From NCBI GenBank assembly GCA_040954595.2, contig CM082580.2, positions 8,844,390-8,908,389 of the forward strand: DNA of 64,000 bases. Reading direction: 5' to 3'. Source of the stretch: Balanoglossus misakiensis. Lineage: Eukaryota; Animalia; Hemichordata. Shown here one piece after another: positions 1 through 13,976 of this stretch (its first letter is position 1; the number at the start of each line of letters is the position of its first letter). A model generated the notes under the pieces. The model had not been told where the DNA came from. It made no database searches and saw only the letters and a program-made list of their open reading frames with translations. The translations under genes and the position numbers were made by a program.

Positions 1-940
1 TTCACAGGACAAAATGTCATCTCAAAAAGCAATCTGTTGAAATGGCATGATTAATTATTAATAATCAGGAAGTTCAAGAACGATTTCTCTGCTTAATTTC
101 GCTGTTGTTGCTGCCTGTCGGTGAGTGTCAATGTCAAATATCCGATTGACCGACCGACCGTACCATTCCAGAAGTCAGTGACCTCCACTGATGCTATGCA
201 GGGGGGGGGGGGGTACAATCGTGTTATCTTGATGTTCTGAGTTTGTAACAACAAAGATAGGACTCCTGTTGATTATTTCCAAACAAAGACACACTTGAGA
301 AAATACTTAGCAATTCTGAGAATGCTTCCCCCCCCCCTTTCAGTACTGAGGTTGCCTCAGATGACCCAGCCGTCCTTCAAGACCCCGCTGCTGGCCATGA
401 ATTCAAAGTGAGCAATAAAACAAGTCTGTATTACATACATGTAGGTACGGTAGGCGCTGTTCTACTTTTACAGCCCTACATATATACATTATGCCAATGA
501 CTCAATCAATCTCTCTTCCATTTGCATTACAATTTACATCAGTCTTGCTGCTGTCAAAATTTGATAAATTCCTTACAAGACCCGTTCTTTTTTCGGGACA
601 AAACTGCCACAAACAGAAAATATGAAAATTTATTACAGCAGAGAAAACTTTATATTGTACGGCCCATCCCTTTGATTGATATGAGAAAATACGGGCATTT
701 TACAACCGTACATTAATTTTTCATTTTATGTTCAACATTCCATCTTTCCAACATCTGATAAAGTAGTCAATTTTTAAGCACGATAAAACTGCCATAAAAA
801 TAATTCTTGAAAACTGAAATTCTGTCTTGCATACAAAGCGTATCACTGAAAGATCTCTACTTTGTACAAGAGATGAAGAAGATACATGTAAGGATGCGTC
901 CAATCAGTTTTGATACAACATTCAGAATTTTTTGCCTTAC

Positions 941-1075
941 CTCAACTTCAAACGTCTGTTCTGTGTCATCGAGAAAGATAACTTGACATCTGATTTTCTT
1001 TTCTTGCTTGTCGCGGGCCAATTCCGTGGCACGGACGTTGTATGTGCCGCTGGACGCTCGGAAACGACGTGACAT
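941..1075 (-). CDS. PTPN4: Tyrosine-protein phosphatase non-receptor type 3/4 (PTP-MEG) family, coding exon at the start of the FERM domain; the gene continues beyond window position 1
   Basis: Translation MSRRFRASSGTYNVRATELARDKQEKKIRCQVIFLDDTEQTFEVE resembles the PTPN4/PTPN3 N-terminus as I recall it (TYNVRASELARD then the FERM F1 lobe). Donor GAG|GTAAG at 941/940. Pyrimidine-rich acceptor (CT)nCCAG at 1095-1096, so the exon spans 941-1094. Confidence 0.85.
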
Positions 1076-1218
1076 GACGACGGCAGTATCAGTCCTGGAG
1101 AGAGAGAGAGATGGGAAGAGAGAGATACAATGTTAATTTACAGAGAATCTCACCGGCTCGTTGACCTGATGGAGGTGTGGTGTTGACAGCGCTGTGAAGA
1201 GAAAGAAAGAAAACTCAC

Positions 1219-1265
1219 TCGTTGTCTGACGAACACTGGCTGTCATCTTCGTTCCCCTCTGCCAT
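1219..1265 (-). CDS. Candidate upstream coding exon of PTPN4-like gene adding an acidic N-terminal extension (MAEGNEDDSQCSSDNE)
   Basis: ATG at 1265. The 47 nt to the donor GA|GTGAGT at 1219/1218 plus 19 nt of the next exon (1094-1076) join in frame to the conserved Met at 1075. Confidence 0.5.
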
Positions 1266-4200
1266 GTCTAACGTCTGTAAATCAATCAAAGTCGGAGCAA
1301 GATGGCGTCTTCCCCGGCACGATAAGAAGCAGGAGAAAATGTTCACATGGCTGATCAGCCCCGGCTGCTTGTTACACGTACACGACGGGCGGCAGCAATG
1401 CCATGCACCACCACCACCACTACTACTACAACCTCCACAACTGGAGGGCGACGGCGCTTCCTGTGGACTGCTGCAGCTACTACGCGTCAGCCCAAATACT
1501 GAAGTATATAGTCATAACAGTTCCCCGCATTGTGACATCATATTTCCGCCGTCAGGACTCCCCACCGCCGGAGCAGAAAGGCCGAGGAGTCACAGTTTAT
1601 GACAAACGATCGGGGATAATTAAGCCCAGCGTCGGTTGTGTCTGGCTGCCCTCTGGGCTGTCAATGGAGAGACCTGAATGATACACATACTTTTTAAAGG
1701 GCCGACCCTGAAACTTACATCTTCGAATCTACTTCGCATATTCAAATTAGGCAAGATTGCACCACTCTGACAAAGGGGGGAGTCAGCCATGGCTGATCGC
1801 ATTCTGTTGGCTGTCGGCGTTAAATCTCATTGCCACACCAGCCTGTCCTTGGAGATAGTGAACATGTTTATTTTCAAGAGCAATAACGCAAATCCCAGTG
1901 ATCCAGTAACCTTGTTCTGACAAATATTTTGTACGAGGGTTTGGTGGAGTGGATTAAGAAAGATTTTAAACACAGGGAGATGGAATGTTTCTTCGCTTCC
2001 AGATGCCATGATGCTAGGAGCGCTTCCTGAGCAGCTACACAGCCAAGTAATTTCATCACAAACATCAAATTTGCTCCCTTTAGAAAAAGCAAGGCCACTT
2101 TAAACTGGTACACAATAACGCAATACCCGTGGAAAATCAGACACATCAGAAGTCCAGTACTTTAAGTCTTAATTTTTTTCTTCAATCCCATCCAGAGAAT
2201 ATCATCTTCACTCACAGTGCTGAGAACGTACAGGGCCAAAGGTTGTGACTCTAGAGGGCACTGTATAGACAAACTGAACACTGCTGACAGATTCTGAAGT
2301 CTCTCCCGAGAACGAAACACACTCCACTCCTGTTGAGGCTGTAAATACTTCTTGTAGGTTTTGTTGAAATTAGAGTCAACGCACAAAACGGACGAAAGAC
2401 ATACACCAGAACCCTTAAAGTCCCAGTAGCAGACTAGAAATTACCCAGTCTATCAAAAGACATGGAAAACAAATTTGAAGATGTACTTGGGTTTGACCAC
2501 AAGAAGAAGAAAATCTACATGGAATGCAATATATGCTTGTCGATTAATTTGTTACCATCTACAAATTTCAGGGACATCTTTTACAGAGGGAATTCTGATC
2601 TTATTCAAGAAGTCCATCAATATCATACCAGATTTCTCGTATGTCTACATGTATATTCTCATACGACACCTAAAAATTTGCTAATGTTGGGGGACAGCCC
2701 TCTTTTTCCTCATTTATTCTAGTTTTAATGTGTGAATTCCATGCAGTTATGACGACACTGACAGGGTCAAGGGTCATACTGTATGTCACCGGTGGAAAAT
2801 TGAGCAACATGTGCCTGGTTTACCTATCCCATGTGTGTATGCTATGCCTTGGAATGTGCTCGGGCATTCCGCGCCCACTGATGTCTATTACCGCCAGTGA
2901 GGTCACACAATATCCGCAAGGGTTAACCAACCAAGGGATTCTCACAAATAATCAAAAGCCGATATGATGACCAGTAAATCAGAACTTGGCCTGTCGCCTT
3001 CTCAGACTGATGGCTTGCTGCGCTAGGTACCTCTTGAGAATTTGTTACACTTTGAACTGTGTTCATTTTAGGAGGTTCGCATGCAGCCATGTACGGAGGA
3101 AATCCTATGATTTATAATGGGCCATTATTTCGTGACTGCAAATTAGACCACTTGCATTCCACTGTGGTTTATAACAAAAACAAAACTAAGTACCATGACC
3201 CATCCCTCTATATAAATCTGACCTCAAAAGAAGACTTAGTGACTCTTACATGTAAGTGCACTTGAGAACACAGCGACCTCTCTTCCTGAAGGTCAAAATC
3301 ATTGGAGTAATGACTTAACCCAGTGGTGGAAGCGAGGATGCAAATATAGAAAAGATCAGATCTGAGTTTTAAAGTTTATTTATAACATCTGAAGCTTGGC
3401 ACAATTAGAGCGCCCTCATGAGTTGACAGTGATCTTAAATTGAGATTCATCTTTTTCTGAAGTTCATCACAGTATTTGTCCATTACCCTGATAATAAAGT
3501 GCTAAGCTTGTGTACATGCAAAGTTCAATTCCACATCAGATGGAATCATAATGACATATGGAAATATATTCCACATCCAGACATGTATGTGAAATGGCTC
3601 TAATTGCCACTGTAATGACAAATGAGGGCAATGAAACAGTATATCTGACTCGAGCAATATGGCTGTAACTGGATAGCTATAAAATACTCTGTATACGTAT
3701 GTATGTAAATGTTTAAAGCATAGGAAGCCAATCAAATCACATGTATTAAACATTCATGATTTCCAAGCAAAAGGTTGAAACGTTCCACATGCCAAATTTG
3801 GCACGGAGTGCGACGACCTCCAGAGAAAGTAATATATCCTTCAATTTAGGTTATAATAGCAACCATTAGCAATCAATAATAAACTGATACAGCTACCTGC
3901 AATTAATGGCCAGCATTTCATATTATAACCTGCTGACAGGTACACACCACATGCCTTGCACAAACCTAACAGTCTTTATTTTTAGAACCACTTTGTTCTA
4001 CAGTAATTATTTCCTCATGTGTGTTCAAATAACGTTGCATAATACATGTTATAGAAAGTCACATAATTTCTCCTTTGGGTCTACGCACCAAGACTACTAC
4101 ATTTTAGTCCGATCATCAAACAGAAAGTTGAACCCTTTCCGTGAACTAATGAAACTTTAATTGATGGGAGTTGATTGCAAAATTGACAGCAAAGCTGTAG

Positions 4201-7200
4201 AAAGGATTTTAATCTGTGTGGCAGTGAAGCAATTTACTACACCATGATTTAATTAATCTTCTCTGTAGGAAATATACCGGTACACAACAAGCCAGTAAGC
4301 AAGTTATCCTATAACCCATTCTTGCCTCTAAAGTCATCAGGAAAGCTCCTGTCACAGATTTTGAACATTTTCAAATTTGGTTGAGTAAAACCTATAATAC
4401 TGAACCAACCCTGTCACCACCACCAGTAGGGGAATTACACGTACAATTAAAACAGGTGCTAAACATGTCACTCCTACATGTAGAAAGTGACAGGTAAGTA
4501 TTAAAGTACACGCAGGTCAAATATCTAGCATACATATATATTTTTCAATTTTATAACAGCAGCCCTCCAAGTTCAATAAGCCTCACTTGTTCATCATGGA
4601 CGGCCATGCAGGCTTCCACAAAATATTTACACAGCACGCAGTGGGAGGCCATAGATGTGTACATACCTGTTATAATATCTTTTGCTAGCCATGTTCAGAC
4701 CTGACAAAACTGACAATGTTTCAGATGCACTATTTCTACATGTGTACAATGTATACATGTATGGCTGAGAGTACATGTATGATACAGGTACATGTATGCT
4801 TTAGGCTATTTTTCGATTTCTGGAGAACTATATCGAAATAGGCTCCTTATCGATCGATAATTAGTGATCTGGTGACTAACTTTGGCTACAGAATGCTCAA
4901 TGACTGAAATAGCAGTGGAGAAAAATAGATTTTTCTCGGGAGTTGGGGTGGGGGCAAGAAAATATAGGATTCTAGAGTCGAATAGCTCAGAGAGGTACAG
5001 CTACGCTGTGAACATCTCTACATCCATGGACCAACAATGGCTTCTTTGTCTGCATACCAGTATAGCCAGGGACTATCGATTAAAAATAAAAGGTCAGATA
5101 AACTTCCAGGGAGCAAAGGCCCTGCGACGAGAATAACCTACAAATGTACTATTACTAGTGCATGTAAGGGTGTCAGTGATGCAAAGCCAGACTGTTGCCT
5201 ACATTTCTCTGATATGATACTCCAGGGAAATATTGATTTTCATGTAGGATAGGGTTTCAAGGGTCTCAAATACAGTGAAAACTGTAATTCAACCCGAATG
5301 TGTACACGTTTCCGGTGACTACTCGACGTGCCGTATTTCACACGAAATGTACGCAGTAATACTTGCGTTGTTATCAAAGCAGTGATTTGGGGGTAAAAAG
5401 GAAAAGCAAACCCTCATGTTATGCATTTGTTGATATCAAACAGCTCTAAATCAAGAGATACATGTACATGTATGTACATGTACCTTTGTACACACACAAG
5501 TTCCCAAAATATTTTCTACATGAACTGACCACAAAAGAAAGCTCTACCATTTGCCCTATAGTTATCACCAGAACAGTCACACGGCCAGGAATTCATACCA
5601 CTCTGAAAGGCCAATGCAAACTAAAGTTACGTCTCCACTTCCATAAATGTAATCACTGTACATGTAGAAACTAAGCCAATAGCCCAAATGTCATCCACTG
5701 TCTCATTTTGTGGAATAAAGTACACACAACCTGCAGGTACAATGTACACCCACAGGCAGATAATAATAAAGCTACATCTGCAGGTTTTTAGGTAAATGAA
5801 ATATCAAATCACCACTGATTGAGGCTTGTCTACGAAAGACGTCACCACCGGGAGACAGGTAGCATAGCTGGCAGGTGAGCACAGCTAGGATCTGGTAAAT
5901 CTCACTGACGCCTCCAGCAGAGTGCGATTTGGACAGAAAATAAAGTGAAGACTAGAAATTATAATGAGCCTGGTAATCATTTCTTTCCAATTCCTCCAGG
6001 GCACTGTCAACAGATGATCACTTTTATTCAGAGTTTACATCACGACTTTGGTCCTAGACTGATTGTACTCAATCAGGATAGTATGAACTACACTACAGCC
6101 TACTACAGTACATGTACATACATGTATGCCCTGTAAATTAATGCTAAATGAAACGTACTCCACAAGAAGATGACTATTTTTAGCTGACAGATGTTCGAAC
6201 GATCATTGTGATATTTTTTTGACATCGTGCGAGACTCACTCAAAATTCCTCGATTGGCTGAAGACTTGACATCAACAGGGAACATCCAGTCCACAACTTC
6301 CAACCACATTAGTTGGACGACATTTGAATCAGCAATGTTGATATCATGCTCAATGACACGAAAAGAAAGGAAAAGGGTTCATATCTGGTATTACAACAGC
6401 CGTTTTAATTTTAATGGCAAAGCACTCACAAGCAGATGCTATCTTTTAACAAGTCTCACAGAAATGTCTGTTTGGCCTGGCCTAGAAGCTCTGAATTCAA
6501 TTTCACGCAACTTTGAGAACATTTCAATATCATAGATTATCTCATGTGACGTCAACTGTTTTTGTGGCGATCCAACAAAAAGACAATGACACTTCTGAAT
6601 TTCATTTTTTCACTCTACAAAAGACAGGCCATGGATCTGGGTGACTGGCCTTGACAACTGTTTACATATTATTGGTTTGATCTCTGACTGCCCTCTTCTT
6701 TCAAGCAATGACATCAAAGGTCATGGAGATGTCACAGCGCTGTCATCAAGATGAACCAATGCAAATGGCAACAAGAAATCTGATTGGTCAATGCGGTTGG
6801 CAGATGTTAAGATATTTTGGTGGGGCATGACCCATGTACATCTTACTATAAAATTAGCTGTTGTGCGATCGTTGTGTAATTGAGTATTGTGCGAGCACTA
6901 TCAAATTATCAAATCATTGCAGATGAACTATTTCCTTTAGGGGGTGAAGAAAGGGGTATAACAACCAACCCAACATGACAACAAAATTCTGGCAGAAGTA
7001 TGGTCAAATACAGCTGTACATGTACGTGTCAAATGAAGAACTTGTTATCAGATAAAACAGTTGAAAACTGTGCATACCATATGATCAGAAATAAATAATG
7101 AAATGATAATACTTATTTATTCAGTGTTTCTGGGTAAATATGTGTCAAAGACAGATGAGTAGGGGATTAACTAATGATTTAGATTCCACAGAACAATGCA

Positions 7201-10200
7201 TGAACTTAGGGTGGATAGACTGTCAGCAGTCACTCCAGCCTTCATTGACAACTTCGCACAGTTCTACAGGACGTGAAACAATGGCCAAAACGGCACAAGA
7301 CGCTGTCGACAGTTTACAGGGTGAATGACTGCACTTATGAAGCAGCAGTATTGGATGAGGTTCTTAAAACAGTCCCTCCATCACAATCGACGGACGGACA
7401 TACAGACCGTGGTTCAATATGTTCCAGGTCTTGGACCGCGGCAATCAATTCAAACTATCCCCTGGAGTGCCAGCTTTATAGATGATTTCATGCTACATGT
7501 AGTGATTTATCAGCATGTTGGAAATGTAAATCAATTTATCATGCAACTGTTCCAGCTCCACTGTTCGGGATAGAAAAGGTCAATCAATGTTTGGAACAGC
7601 TTTCACTCGAGGTATCAGGCAAAGATCCATACATGCACATGAAAAAAAAAATGTTCTTAAAATACTTCCAAGTGAGTGGGTACATGTGTGCGTGTAATGG
7701 ACGGTCTCTGGTTAACCTGGAAAGTGCTCATGGTAATTTTTTTAAATGTCGAAGATCTACAACTGCATGATGTAGCACTACAGGTGTGAGTATATGATTT
7801 GTGGCATATGTATGAGTGTTAATCCATCAGAAAAAGTCACTTTGCCCCAGATCCACCCAATCAAAAAGGGGTGCAAAAATCCCTGACTAGTATCCCTCTT
7901 CAGTGCTGATATATAATGACCTTTTCTGTCATTATATTGACTTTCTTTGTACATGATGTTGAATTTCCAATATCGCTCTCTTTGACAGATAGTCTTGACA
8001 AAGACACAGTGGCTTTTTAAATGTCATACGCATCAACACAGGGTATTACCGAGCATCTGTCACTAAATCCATCAATATGGATAGGTGTTTAATACCGTGT
8101 AATGTTAGAGCATTGTAAATGTCATATCTAAAATCAAACATGTCAGTCTCACAACTGGGTCATAGGAATCAATCGAAATGACCTATTTAACAAGTTCATC
8201 AGAGCTTCATGTCCATGTGTATTATTAAATATGACAAAATGTCCAGTCCATTTTCAGAAAAGTTCTACAGTTATGTAGCAGGACTCAAAAGTATATCACT
8301 ACCCACACACAAAAATATCTGGCAATCTGAAAATATCGACAACGTCCCCAGAAACCAAGCACACTATTTTCTCAACCTGAGGCTGCATGAACATGTACAT
8401 GTACAGTTAGAGCAATTCCGGATGGATATCACTGATCCTGAATATTATTCCAATTTTTCCCCCATTCCCCACCGCAAGGCAACAATCACGTGAAAACACC
8501 ATCCCTGATCTTCACTCAAACTCATCATGCACAGATGGCTTCTAAATGACACGCCGTCCTCAATTTCCTTTTCACAGGACTCTCTTCCATCCAACCAGTG
8601 TCACCGCATCACCTCCTGTGACCCCTTCTTTTCACGTCGAGCAGAGAAGCTCACTTGGAATTCCATTTGCGCGCTCGCTTTCACACTAAGAGCCCTAAAA
8701 ATTCAAAGGTCGGCTAGAATGGAAACTGGAAGTGCCAGTTAATGTCTCTTTTCCACACTTTCTTTTCTCCTCTCACCCATAAAGCAAAAGAGTGGAATTT
8801 AGGGCTTCCACTTTTGTTCACCTACCTGAACATGTACAGCAGAGCTAGTATCATTGTGTATGTACCTTGTGGTATTGTTTTTGTATGCTACTAGTGTTAT
8901 GTGACTATGGTGCTAAACCAAATGGAAACACACATTTGAACATTTGTGCTGCGATGTTCCACTCACTCAGTGATGTTTACACTATGGTGGATTCATCGCA
9001 GGAAGCAAAATGAAACCAAAAACCGGAACAGAAAGCAGCAGATATGTAATTCGGATCCCTAGCAGAAAAAGGGAAGCAATACAATTATAGAAATACAGTA
9101 TGTTTCGCGTAAAGGGAACACTGCCATGTTTACAGTACAAACACACAAGTTTGAGATTATCATACACGTAGGAATCTACCTTTGTCACTGTTCATCATCA
9201 ATATTCATGTATCTTCATCCACAATGAACAAAATGCACACATGTAACATGGCAGTGCGCCCCTAAGCTAATTACTCACGTCACTGCCACAAATGATCCTC
9301 TAATGATGCGAATTTGTACGGACACTAGGGATGATGACAAAAAGAAATTTCCAACATTTTCTGAATCATTTTTGTTTGAGAGCTCAGTGGAGATTAGCCT
9401 CAGATGCTTTGGGTAGAATGGTTTTAATGTCTTGTCATTTAACTGCAGTATCGCTTACTAGGGAGGACCAATATCGAATTATTTCATTTCAATTGAGTCC
9501 ATTATCAGGAAAATTCAATAAACTAGCGTTACAATATCAAAATCTTGTTTCATTCGTGAAACATCTGGCATCTCCAAATGTTTCAGAAATCAAAATAACA
9601 CAACTCTCTCTTGTCTCTCTTTACCTAAAAAGGACCTCTTGAAACATAAAGTACTGGTTTTAAGAAATGTGTCAGTAATGACTATTGGAGGTCAGTGACC
9701 TTTGACCTTAAAACATATCAAATATTCAAGCTAGCCAACGAGTGAAATCACAGCGAACCCATTTATCAAGGTATAGAATGCCCAAATGAAGTGACATTTG
9801 TATTCTTTCGACCATTCTGATGCCATTCCTTGGTGATGGCATATGGGTCGAGGTCACAGGTCAAGCAGAGGTCAACAACTTGACCAAGTATGGGTCACAT
9901 TATTTTGAGCCAGATTTACTTAACTCCTAACCTCATGAACCTAGAGATCATAAACTGTCACACTTACAACCGATACCCACTGACTTACAATTGGAATGAC
10001 AGGAATCATGCTTTTTATTCTCTCATAAATGTGAAAAAAAAAATAATCCCAGTTGTCAAAGTTTCATGAATTCTCAGCCCCAGCAGAGATCTCAAAAGTA
10101 CTGAATTCAAGCTACTTGTATATCTAATCTATTAGCTATTAGAAATAAAAGTAACCAGCACAAGTCGTAATTGAATCTTATTACATCTAGTACTGGTACG

Positions 10201-10785
10201 GAAAAAATGGAAAACTGACACTTTTTATACGAGGCCATAGCTCCTTTCAAGCCTTGCCGAGAACAAACACCCGACGCTCACTCAATCAATCAATACGCTG
10301 GAAATCAAATCCTGTATTTCTCACTGCAGCCCCATTTATTATGCATGAACCAAAAGGCCCATCCAACCATCGCCTTGAGAAAGTTAAACTCCCAGAATCT
10401 AGAATTACCATGTAAGTGATCCCCCTCTGCCAAGATCTCCCTGTGCTGCATAAATCATTCATGCACATGCTAGCACAAGTAACAGGCAGACCGGCCCGTG
10501 GGATGTGACCATGTAAACTTGAAATCAAGAACGCTAATTAGGGTGAACATACATGTATCCGCGTCCCACTGAGGTTATTCACTCTGTTTGGCACATACAT
10601 TATTAACAGAAATCAGTGCCACATGCCACGAAAAATAAAAATCATTTTAATAAACAGAGATGTTAGCTGTCAATTGTATTCGTAGTCGCAACATTTTCAC
10701 TGACAAACTAATGTGCCTAATTTTACTTTTTGACTTTGCATATACAATACATGAGCCACACAGGTTTGAAAGAGCGTTAAAGGGT

Positions 10786-10882
10786 AAAACCCTTTTCAGC
10801 CGTTTGCCTCTGTACTGCAGAGGTCAAACTTTACCATAGAAAACAATGGATTTGGACCAAACCATAGTGGTGAAAGGGTTAC
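10786..10882. mobile_element. About 90-bp MITE family copy (TTAA-CCCTTTCACC...GGTGAAAGGG-TTAA type)
   Basis: Shares the internal CTTTACCATAGAAAACAATGGATTTGGACCAAACCAT core and terminal repeats with the other copies. Confidence 0.7.
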
Positions 10883-13800
10883 AATTGAAAGCCCATCTCA
10901 AAACATTATCCTTTTAACCTTGTCCATATATCTTTAAAACATGATTGTTGTCGGATAAGTCCCCAAGCAGGGTAGATTATCCGCGATATGAACAACCGCT
11001 TAATGGTTTCACAAGCTCATACTTAGTTTATGTATTTCATAACAGCTGATGTGTGCTCAACATCCATAATAAAAAATTATTATGCACTACATGCCAATAA
11101 TGAGCAATAAAAATTTACTGTCACGGGTGCTGAATCTGACATGAAAAATGTTTCACTGACACTGAACATGGGTTGCTCATACATCATAGCTTTTCTGATT
11201 TCAAATCTATAAAACAAAAAGTTCTAGGACAATCAGTGATGACTGCAAGTACCCTATCACTGGGAAACACAATATCTAGACACTGACAGACAGCACATAA
11301 AAATCAGGAAAACATGACACTGTATGTCAAAATTCCATCAGCCACACTTGCTTTGATTTATAAAGACCAATGGTGACCCATATGCGATTCCTGGAATTTC
11401 TTGAAATGTACATGTATATATACAATGTACGACCCGGGTACAATTTGTTTATACTAACTAGCATAGATAAGTGCTTTGTAAATTTACAAAACACTGCCTG
11501 CTGGTCATTGGAAGATATATTTACTAGTAAATATACCAGAAAGCCATTTGAGCCAATGAAGGTCGTTGGAGGGTGATGACTTTTCTGGGGCGATTGACAC
11601 AAATTACACTGATCAGACATGCCATACAGCCAGCAGATAAGGCTAATTCAACTTTAAACAGCAATAGTCAAATTGACAAATGCTGTCAGTCCTTTTCTTT
11701 ACAGTTGATTTACACAGCTATGTTCAAGTGCCAATATCTGTTTCCTTGATCTGAAAGAACTTTATTATTTATGCCAAAACAGAGGGTTTCCTCACTTGTT
11801 TTTGATCGCCAGCAAAATATATTTTTGTTGGAGTCCCACAAATACATCGGAGAGTGTAGTAAAAAGGCTTCAAGGAGCAATAAAGCACACCTGACCCACT
11901 GTTAACCTGTTGAGATCAGTTGCATACACAAACAGTGATCAATAACTAAAGACTTCATATTTGGTCCCGTTGCAAACAGGCAGGCACAGGTTTCAGTAGG
12001 GCGATTCCACAAGGTCACTCTCCCATTCACGAGCTGCGTAAACAGGAATGAACTACCAATAGCCCAGCAGCAATGTGAGGGGGGGGGGGGGGGGGGGCTG
12101 GACGAATTCCAATACAGCATACCAAAGGAAAACAATCCCTGTGAACTCTTTTTCTGGTCTGTCGTACAAAACTGAAAGTGAATGCAAGGCCTGAACAAGT
12201 CAATCTGTGCTGTCAAAATCAATGTTAAACCTGGACTCAGCTTTAGCGTTGAACAGTAATGACAAATTATACCATTGTACAGTTGCTAAATATTGAGGAA
12301 CTTCCGGAAGTCAGTGGGAGGCAGTGGACTTATACATGTAATGACATTGTCACTGTGTTTACAACACCTGGTGTAATAATCACTCACCCTTAAAATTAAA
12401 CTGTCACTTATTTTTTTTATTGTCAACTCAACTTGAACAGCAAAAGCAAAATGAGCCTTTATCAATGCACAATAAACATTAAAAGTTTTATTTTCTTGAG
12501 CCAATAAGCTATATATATATACACAATTATCTCGTTTTCCTCTAAGGGTATTTCTTAATTCTCACAGTTACAAGGCCAAGAATTACATGACACTATTGAC
12601 AGTGCCAGAGGAAACATCATTTTCCCAAAGTGAAGGAAGTTTAGTCATTCAGGTTTCCTGCACCTTAACTAACGATGGCTAATTTACACGCATCTTTTGT
12701 TGTCTTCCCTAACCACCTGGGAAGTAGCGCATTAATTTTCTTACCTGGGTGGGCAAGGCGCCAAGTCTAACATCACTTGACTTGGTCTTTGTAAAGTCTG
12801 TGATGCAGAACAAGTGTAATCAGTAATGAATTGGATGACTGGTCCCCATTATGAATACAAAAGAAGCCCTATGCAGGATGGGTTGGCCCGGCAACAGGAG
12901 TGGTCTCTCCAATTTTGGGGTCATTACATACCAAGTACAACATGTAATTTTGTAAAACGGCTAGGTTTTGTCCACTTCATCATTTGAAGAAAGATGTGAC
13001 AACCGCCAACTTTCACACCCTGGCTAAAGTTGAATAATATAATTTAAATGACCTTGCCACCAAAACAAGCTTCTGTCTTGTCAAAGTCTTAGGGTTAACT
13101 TAGTTTGAAAGTCTTAATACCACCGGGCGACCACTCGCCACTCCCACCTGTGCTGCGGAAGGAAGGAAGGAGGAAGGAAGTGCAAGATACCCCATACAGG
13201 TCAGATCCTCTGCGCTGGGCCGCACTGTCTAGCTTCCCAGTCAAGTTCCAATCGAAAAGCTGGTTCGCTTTCTCAGAGACTAACACATTCCACAGCCAAA
13301 ATACTTTTCCCAGTACCTATGGAATATATCTACGCATTCCCACAGTACACTAACTAGATCCTTGGAATAGTTTAGTCTGTCGGACTGTCATAAGTTGTGG
13401 CAGCTTGCTGCTATGCAAGAGGAAAATGACAGATGTATATTTCACACAGCTGTCATTTTTAAGCAGTCTGCGGACAACTTATGATTATCCTCATCCTTAT
13501 ATGATAAAGAAATACATGTACTTCCAACTATCCTTTAAATGGGACAGACATGACCACTAACTATATTTTTTTCGGAAAGTCATTTTGCGTCGTACCCATA
13601 CCACAAACAGGGCCAGGGTTTAGCTAGAATTTCGTTGAAGGACACGCAAAATAATAGCCGGCCACACCACCAAAACCATTAGTACAACACCTTACAAGGA
13701 CCGAAATTTTGTGGTGTACTACTCAGCGACAGAAACTTCGCTTCTGACAAAATACACACTCCGTCGTTGTAGAGCAACCGAGGGATATCACGGAAAGTAC

Positions 13801-13976
13801 AACTGTATTATTGAGCGGGGCCCCGCTGTACCGCGGACTCGACTCGCCCGGTAGTGTACAGTGTAGAGCCAGCGCTTGCAACAGTGTAAACTACATATAT
13901 AGGGTAACTGTAAGTTTAAGTGCCTCGCCAATCGACAATCATTCATGGGGTGAATATTAAATGATAACTTACTTAC

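Noticed and set aside
1222-1681. Plus-strand ORFs of 126 and 92 aa with His/Tyr/Pro runs
   Set aside because: The runs come from short (CAC)n(TAC)n repeats in a GC-rich patch. There is no domain similarity or exon chain.
1800-13900. Numerous 60-100 aa ORFs in the PTPN4-CPSF3 interval, and likewise at 46-54 kb and 61-62.7 kb
   Set aside because: Lengths and composition are as expected for random ORFs in AT-rich intronic or intergenic DNA, with no recognisable protein or transposase motifs.
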